Shown piece by piece: positions 57,448 through 64,000 of a DNA stretch of 64,000 nucleotides. Position 1 is the first letter of the stretch. The number at the start of each line of letters is the position of its first letter. The translations under genes and the position numbers were made by a program. The DNA is from the human T2T-CHM13v2.0 reference genome, Homo sapiens: positions 42,080,001 to 42,144,000 of the forward strand of contig CP086569.2 of assembly GCA_009914755.4 (NCBI GenBank), read 5' to 3'. The notes beneath the pieces were generated by a model. The model worked only from the letters and a program-made list of their open reading frames with translations, ran no database searches and was not told the origin of the DNA.

Positions 57448-60400
57448 ATGGAGTCAAATGGAATGGTCTGGAATGGAATGAACACGAATGTAATGCAACC
57501 CAATAGAATGGAATCGAATGGCATGGAATATAAAGAAATGGAATCGAAGAGAATGGAAACAAATGGAATGGAATTGAATGGAATGGAATTGAATGGAATG
57601 GGAACGAATGGAGTGAAATTGTATGCAGTAGAAGAGAATAGAATGGAATGCAAGCGAAAGGAAAGGAATGGATTGGAATGGAATGGAATTCATTGGAATG
57701 GAAGGGAATGTAGTGTAATGGACAGGCCTGGAATAAAGTGGAATGCTACGGTCTCGAATGGAATAAAAATGTATGGAATGGAATGCAATGAAACGGAATC
57801 GAATGTCATAGAATGTAATGGAATGCAAAAAAATGGAATCCAAAATCATTGACTGGAAAGGCTGGGTGTCGAAAGGAATTGACTCCAATGGAATGGAATC
57901 GAATGGAATGGAAGTGAATAGAATCGAACTAAATCGAATGGAATGGAATTGATAGGAACGGAATGGAAAGGAATGCAATGATTTGGCATGGAATGGAATC
58001 GAATGGCATCGAATGGAATGGAATGGAATGCAATGGAATGGAATGTATTAGAATGTAATGAACTTTAATGGAATGTACTCGAATGGATTCGACTGGAATG
58101 GAATGTTCTGGAAGTGAATGGACTCCAATGGAATGGATTCAAAAGGAATGGAATCGTACGGAATGGAATCTAATGGAATGGAATTAAATGGAAATGAATC
58201 AAATTGAATAGCACGGAATTGAATTGAATGGAATGGAATGCAATGGAATCTAATGAAACGGAAAGGAAAGGAATGGAATGGAATGGAATGGGCTGGAATG
58301 GAAAGGAATCGAAACGAATGGAATGGAATCGAAGTGAAGAGACTGGAATGGAATGCACTGGAATGGAAGGGAGTGTAATGCAAGGTTCTCGAAAAAAATG
58401 GAATCGAATGGAATGGAATTGAATGGAACGTAATAGAGTCGAATGGAATTGAATGGAATGGAATGGACTAGAGTGAAATGGAATCGAACCACAAGGAATG
58501 GACAGGAATAGAATGGTCTCGAATTGAATGGAATCGTATGGAATGGCATCAAACGGAATGGAATGGACAGCCACGGAATGGAATGCACTCGAATGCAATG
58601 GAGTCGAAACTAATGGACTGGAATAGAATGGACTCGACTGGTACGGACTCCAATGGAATGGAATCGAATGGAAGGGAATCGAACGGAAGGGAATCGAACG
58701 GAATGGACTCGAAGGGAAAAGACTGCAATGGAAAGGTCTCGAATGGAATGGAAATTAATGGAATGGAATGGAATCGAATGAAATGGAGTCAAAAGGAATG
58801 GAATCGAATGGCAAGAAATCGAATGTAATGGAATCGCAAGGAATTGATGTGAACGGAACGGAATGGAATGGGATCCAAAGGAATGGAATAGAATGGAATG
58901 GAATCGAATGGAAAGGACTCGAATGGAAATCACTCGAATAGAATGCAATTTGATAAAATAGGATCAAATGTAATGGAATGGAATGGAAAGGAATCGAAAC
59001 GAAAGGAATGGAGACAGATGGAATGGAATGGAACAGAGAGCAATGGTATAGAATGGAATGGAATCATCTGGAATGGAATTGAATGGAATGGAATAATATG
59101 AAATGGAATGGAATGGAATGGAATGGAATGCCCTTGAATTAAATGGACTGGAATGGAATGGACTCAAACAGAGTGGAATGGAAAGTGTGGAGATAGAATG
59201 GAATGAACTCCTTTGGAATGGTGTAGTATGCAATGCAATCGACTGGCAGGGAATCAAAAGGAATGTAATCGAATGGATTGGACTGGAATGCAATGGACTC
59301 GAAGAGATTGGAAACGGAATGCAAAGGAATGGAATGGAATAGTATGGAATGCAATGGAAGGGAATGGAGTGGAATAGACTAGAGTGGAATGGAATGGACT
59401 GGAATGCAATGGACTGGAATGGAACTTTCTTGGATGGATTGGAATCAAACGGAATGGAATGCAATGCAATCAAATGGCATGGAATAAAATAGAATGAAAG
59501 AGAATCAAATGGAATTGAATCGAATGGAATCGAATGGATTGGAAAGGAATAGAATGGAATGGAATGGAATTGACTCAAATGGAATGGACTAGAATGGAAT
59601 GGATTCGAATGGAAGGCAAAGGAATGGAATCTATTGGAATGGACTGTAATGGAATGGAATGGAAGGGATTGGAATGGACTCGAATGGAATGGACTGCAAT
59701 AGAAAGGATTCGAATGGAATGAAAAAGAATTGAATGGAATAGAACAGAATGGAATCAAATCGAATGAAATGGAATGGAATAGAAAGGAATGGAATGAAAT
59801 GGAATGGAAAGGATTCGAATGGAATGCAATCGAATGGAATGGAATCGAACGGAATGGAATAAAATGGAAGAAAACTGGCAAGAAATGGAATCGAAATGAA
59901 TGGAGTGTTATGGAACGGACTCAAAAGGAATTGAATGTAATAGAATTGAGTGGAGTGGACTCGAATATAATGGACTGGAATGGAATGAAATCACATGGAA
60001 TGGGAACGAATGGAATGGAATGGAAAGGAATGGAATCCAATGGAAAGGAATCGAATGGAAGGGAATGAAATTGAATCAACAGGAATGGAAGGGAATAGAA
60101 TAGACGGTAATGGAATGGACTCGGATAGAATGGACACGAATGCTCAAATTAAATGGACTCGAATTGAATGGAAACGAAAGGAATGTCATCGAATGGAATT
60201 GAATCGATTGGAATGAAATCGCATAGAATGGAGTGGAATCAAATGGAATTGAATCGAAAGGAAAGGAAGCGAATGGACTGAAATGAAATGGAATGGAATT
60301 GAATGGAAAGTAATGCAATGGAATAGAATGGAACGAAATTTCACGGAATGGAATCAAACTGAATGGAATCAAATCAATGGAATCAAATCAAATGGAATGG

Positions 60401-61036
60401 AAAGGAATTGAATGGAGTAGATGGGATTGGATGGGATTGGAATGAAATGTACTGGAAAGGACTCGAATTTCATGAAACGGAATGGAATGAATTGGAACGG
60501 AATGGACTCGAATGGAATGGAATGTCATGGGATGGCATCAAATGGAATGACATCAAATGGAATGGAATCGAATGCAATGGAATGCTATGGAATGGAATGG
60601 AATGCATTGGAATGGAATGTCCGCTAATGGAATGGATTCGAGTGGAATGGAATTGAATATAATGGAGTCGAATGAAATGGAATTGAAAGGAATGGGATCG
60701 AATACAATGGAATATACTGGAATGTAACGTAATGAACTCGAATGTAATTGACTGGAATGGAATGTACATGAATGGAATGTAATCGAATGGAAAGTAATCC
60801 AATGGAATAGAATCTAATGCAATAAAATCGACTCAGATAGAGTAGAATGTAATGGAATGGAGTGCAGTGCAATGGAATGGAATGGAATGGAATGCAATGG
60901 AATGGAATGGAATGGAATGGAATGGAATGGAATGGAATGGAATGGAATGGGATGGAATGGTATGGAATGGATAGTAATGGACTGGAGTGAAATGGACTGG
61001 AAAGGAATGGACTCAAATTGAAAGGGCTCGAAAGGA
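57448..61036 (+). repeat. HOR unit 17 (3589 bp), mosaic. Unit-4/5-like at the front ('gtaatgcaaggttctcg' ~58375), C-form in the middle.
   Basis: Anchor recurrence. C-form at ~58680. 'gtccgctaatgg' ending. Confidence 0.85.
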
Positions 61037-64000
61037 ATGGAGTCAAATGGAATGGTCTGGAATGGAATGAACACGAATGTAATGCAACCCAATAGAATGG
61101 AATCGAATGGCATGGAATATAAAGAAATGGAATCGAAGAGAATGGAAACAAATGGAATGGAATTGAATGGAATGGAATTGAATGGAATGGGAACGAATGG
61201 AGTGAAATTGTATGCAGTAGAAGAGAATAGAATGGAATGCAAGCGAAAGGAAAGGAATGGATTGGAATGGAATGGAATTCATTGGAATGGAAGGGAATGT
61301 AGTGTAATGGACAGGCCTGGAATAAAGTGGAATGCTACGGTCTCGAATGGAATAAAAATGTATGGAATGGAATGCAATGAAACGGAATCGAATGTCATAG
61401 AATGTAATGGAATGCAAAAAAATGGAATCCAAAATCATTGACTGGAAAGGCTGGGTGTCGAAAGGAATTGACTCCAATGGAATGGAATCGAATGGAATGG
61501 AAGTGAATAGAATCGAACTAAATCGAATGGAATGGAATTGATAGGAACGGAATGGAAAGGAATGCAATGATTTGGCATGGAATGGAATCGAATGGCATCG
61601 AATGGAATGGAATGGAATGCAATGGAATGGAATGTATTAGAATGTAATGAACTTTAATGGAATGTACTCGAATGGATTCGACTGGAATGGAATGTTCTGG
61701 AAGTGAATGGACTCCAATGGAATGGATTCAAAAGGAATGGAATCGTACGGAATGGAATCTAATGGAATGGAATTAAATGGAAATGAATCAAATTGAATAG
61801 CACGGAATTGAATTGAATGGAATGGAATGCAATGGAATCTAATGAAACGGAAAGGAAAGGAATGGAATGGAATGGAATGGGCTGGAATGGAAAGGAATCG
61901 AAACGAATGGAATGGAATCGAACTGAAGAGACTGGAATGGAATGCACTGGAATGGAAGGGAGTGTAATGGAAGGTTGTCGAAAAAAATGGAATCGAATGG
62001 AATGGAATTGAATGGAACGGAATAGAGTCGAATGGAATTGAATGGAATGGAATGGACTAGAGTGAAATGGAATCGAACCACAAGGAATGGACAGGAATAG
62101 AATGGTCTCGAATTGAATGGAATCGTATGGAATGGCATCAAACGGAATGGAATGGACAGCCACGGAATGGAATGCACTCGAATGCAATGGAGTCGAAACT
62201 AATGGACTGGAATAGAATGGACTCGACTGGTACGGACTCCAATGGAATGGAATCGAATGGAAGGGAATCGAACGGAAGGGAATCGAACGGAATGGACTCG
62301 AAGGGAAAAGACTGCAATGGAAAGGTCTCGAATGGAATGGAAATTAATGGAATGGAATGGAATCGAATGAAATGGAGTCAAAAGGAATGGAATCGAATGG
62401 CAAGAAATCGAATGTAATGGAATCGCCAGGAATTGATGTGTACGGAACGGAATGGAATGGAATCCAAAGGAATGGAATAGAATGGAATGGAATCGAATGG
62501 AAAGGACTCGAATGGAAATCACTCGAATAGAATGCAATTTAATAAAATAGGATCAAATGTAATGGAATGGAATGGAAAGGAATCGAAACGAAAGGAATGG
62601 AGACAGATGGAATGGAATGGAACAGAGAGCAATGGTATAGAATGGAATGGAATCATCTGGAATGGAATTGAATGGAATGGAATAATATGAAATGGAATGG
62701 AATGGAATGGAGTGGAATGCCCTTGAATTAAATGGACTGGAATGGAATGGACTCAAACAGAGTGGAATGGAAAGTGTGGAGATAGAATGGAATGAACTCC
62801 TTTGGAATGGTGTAGTATGCAATGCAATCGACTGGCAGGGAATCAAAAGGAATGTAATCGAATGGATTGGACTGGAATGCAATGGACTCGAATAGATTGG
62901 AAACGGAATGCAAAGGAATGGAATGGAATAGTATGGAATGCAATGGAAGGGAATGGAGTGGAATAGACTAGAGTGGAAAGGAATGGACTGGAAAGCAATG
63001 GACTGAAATGGAACTTTCTTGGATGGACTGGAATCAAACGGAATGGAATGCAATGCAATCAAATGGCATGGAATAAAATAGAATGAAAGAGAATCAAATG
63101 GAATTGAATCGAATGGAATCGAATGGATTGGAAATGAATAGAATGGAATGGAATGGAATTGACTCAAATGGAATGGACTAGAATGGAATGGATTCGAATG
63201 GAAGGCAAAGGAATGGAATCTATTGGAATGGACTGTAATGGAATGGAATGGAAGGGATTGGAATGGACTCGAATGGAATGGACTGCAATAGAAAGGATTC
63301 GAATGGAATGAAAAAGAATTGAATGGAATAGAACAGAATGGAATCAAATCGAATGAAATGGAATGGAATAGAAAGGAATGGAATGAAATGGAATGGAAAG
63401 GATTCGAATGGAATGCAATCGAATGGAATGGAATCGAACGGAATGGAATAAAATGGAAGAAAACTGGCAAGAAATGGAATCGAAATGAATGGAGTGTTAT
63501 GGAACGGACTCAAAAGGAATTGAATGTAATAGAATGGAGTGGAGTGGACTCGAATATAATGGACTGGAATGGAATGAAATCACATGGAATGGGAACGAAT
63601 GGAATGGAATGGAAAGGAATGGAATCGAATGGAAAGGAATCGAATGGAAGGGAATGAAATTGAATCAACACGAATGGAAGGGAATAGAATAGACTGTAAT
63701 GGAATGGACTCGAATAGAATGGACACGAATGCTCAAATTAAATGGACTCGAATGGAATGGAAACGAAAGGAATGTCATCGAATGGAATTGAATCGATTGG
63801 AATGACATCGCATAGAATGGAGTGGAATCAAATGGAATTGAATCGAAAGGAAAGGAAGCGAATGGACTGAAATGAAATGGAATGGAATTGAATGGAAAGT
63901 AATGCAATGGAATAGAATGGAACGAAATTTCACGGAATGGAATCAAACTGAATGGAATCAAATCAATGGAATCAAATCAAATGGAATGGAAAGGAATTGA
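61037..64000 (+). repeat. HOR unit 18 (partial, first 2964 bp), subtype C
   Basis: Anchor at 61037. C-form at ~62270. Sequence stays colinear with other units to the window end. Confidence 0.85.

Larger units (their letters stand above)
1..64000 (+). repeat. Satellite III-type (GGAAT)n pentameric satellite array. Higher-order repeat of ~3.56-3.59 kb, ~18 head-to-tail copies in one orientation. Organisation resembles human DYZ1 (Yq12).
   Basis: Seen directly: nearly every 5-nt register is GGAAT or a 1-2 substitution derivative (atgga, atcga, aatgc, ctcga...). Conserved landmarks recur with 3449-3589 bp spacing along the whole window, for example the segment starting 'atggagtcaaatggaatggtctgg' at 436, 4025, 7589, 11177, 14751, 18310, 21863, 25432, 28996, 32565, 36144, 39723, 43282, 46731, 50290, 53874, 57448, 61037. 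There is one GGCC/AGGCCT site per unit (713-717, 4302-4306, ...). Established knowledge: DYZ1 was described as a ~3.56-kb HaeIII unit built from TTCCA/GGAAT pentamers. Confidence 0.9.

Noticed and set aside
1-64000. Hundreds of 60-305-aa ORFs on both strands in the supplied track (e.g. 1952-2869 '-', 305 aa; 436-840 '+', 134 aa), which could be taken for a dense gene cluster or a novel repeat-protein family
   Set aside because: The GGAAT pentamer has no stop codon in any of the three + frames (codons GGA/ATG/GAA/TGG/AAT) or - frames (ATT/CCA/TTC/CAT/TCC). Long ORFs are therefore inevitable, and ATG is present in every pentamer. The translations are low-complexity 5-residue periodic strings (GMEWN... 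/ IPFHS...). They overlap one another on both strands and in multiple frames, and they recur with the 3.57-kb HOR period. Their boundaries move with single-base substitutions between copies (for example the 305-aa ORF is split in units 8 and 10 and truncated in unit 15). There is no codon-usage signal, ribosome-binding site or promoter signal beyond the repeat itself.
1-64000. A CRISPR array or other prokaryotic defence locus, since regular repeats and an 'undescribed system' were suggested
   Set aside because: There are no repeat-spacer-repeat units of 25-50 bp with unique spacers. The periodicities are 5 bp and ~3.57 kb. The sequence is a eukaryotic pericentromeric or heterochromatic satellite, not a bacterial or archaeal genome.
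1-64000. Transposable-element insertions (Alu, L1, SVA) or DYZ2-type AT-rich units interrupting the satellite
   Set aside because: All 18 anchor-to-anchor distances are 3449-3589 bp. The only length change larger than 40 bp is the 110-bp deletion in unit 13. No stretch departs from GGAAT-derived composition, so there is no room for an insertion of 280 bp or more.
1-64000. Alpha-satellite centromeric array with CENP-B boxes
   Set aside because: There is no 171-bp periodicity, and the 17-bp CENP-B box motif (TTCGTTGGAAACGGGA-like) is absent. The monomer is 5 bp.
1-64000. HSat2 instead of HSat3
   Set aside because: The units contain long runs of perfect GGAAT and a CAACCC-type decamer remnant. 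They do not show the more degenerate ~23-26-bp 'CATTCGATTCCATTC'-style HSat2 structure. Without a model search I cannot exclude HSat2 absolutely, but the pattern fits HSat3 or DYZ1.
1-64000. Heat-shock elements formed by tandem nGAAn units, as possible HSF1-binding regulatory sites
   Set aside because: (GGAAT)n supplies nGAAn units only as direct head-to-tail repeats. It does not supply the alternating inverted nGAAnnTTCn arrangement of a canonical HSE. HSF1 association with SatIII is known at 9q12, but the sequence alone does not support calling discrete regulatory sites here.

Overview
The whole 64-kb window is one head-to-tail tandem satellite array with no unique sequence. The basic repeat is the GGAAT pentamer (ATTCC on the complement), the human satellite III type. 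It is organised as a higher-order repeat (HOR) of about 3.56-3.59 kb. The window holds about 18 HOR copies, all in the same orientation: 17 complete and 2 partial. I placed unit boundaries at a conserved anchor that recurs at 436, 4025, 7589 ... 61037. A 3.56-kb pentameric HOR with one GGCC (HaeIII) site per unit matches the classical description of the human Y-chromosome DYZ1 satellite of Yq12 heterochromatin. I consider that origin likely but cannot confirm it without a database search. I find no support for protein-coding genes, tRNA or rRNA genes, CRISPR arrays, mobile-element insertions, or any prokaryote-style system. Every ORF in the supplied six-frame track follows from the pentamer lacking stop codons in all three frames on both strands. 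The + strand codons are GGA/ATG/GAA/TGG/AAT, giving 'MEWNG...'. The - strand codons are ATT/CCA/TTC/CAT/TCC, giving 'IPFHS...'. The ORFs recur with the HOR period on both strands and overlap one another. What is worth a second look is the array's internal structure. An internal (GGAAT)n run varies from about 3 to 10 pentamers and drives the unit-length differences. There are three HOR sequence subtypes (A, B, C); units 1-8 are A/B, while units 9-18 are C except unit 16 (A) and unit 13, which carries a 110-bp deletion on a C background. A block of eight consecutive units shares one private variant. One copy carries a 110-bp deletion bounded by 16-bp direct repeats. Private variants are shared patchily between copies two or three units apart. 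These point to unequal exchange and gene conversion acting on a satellite, not to a novel gene system.
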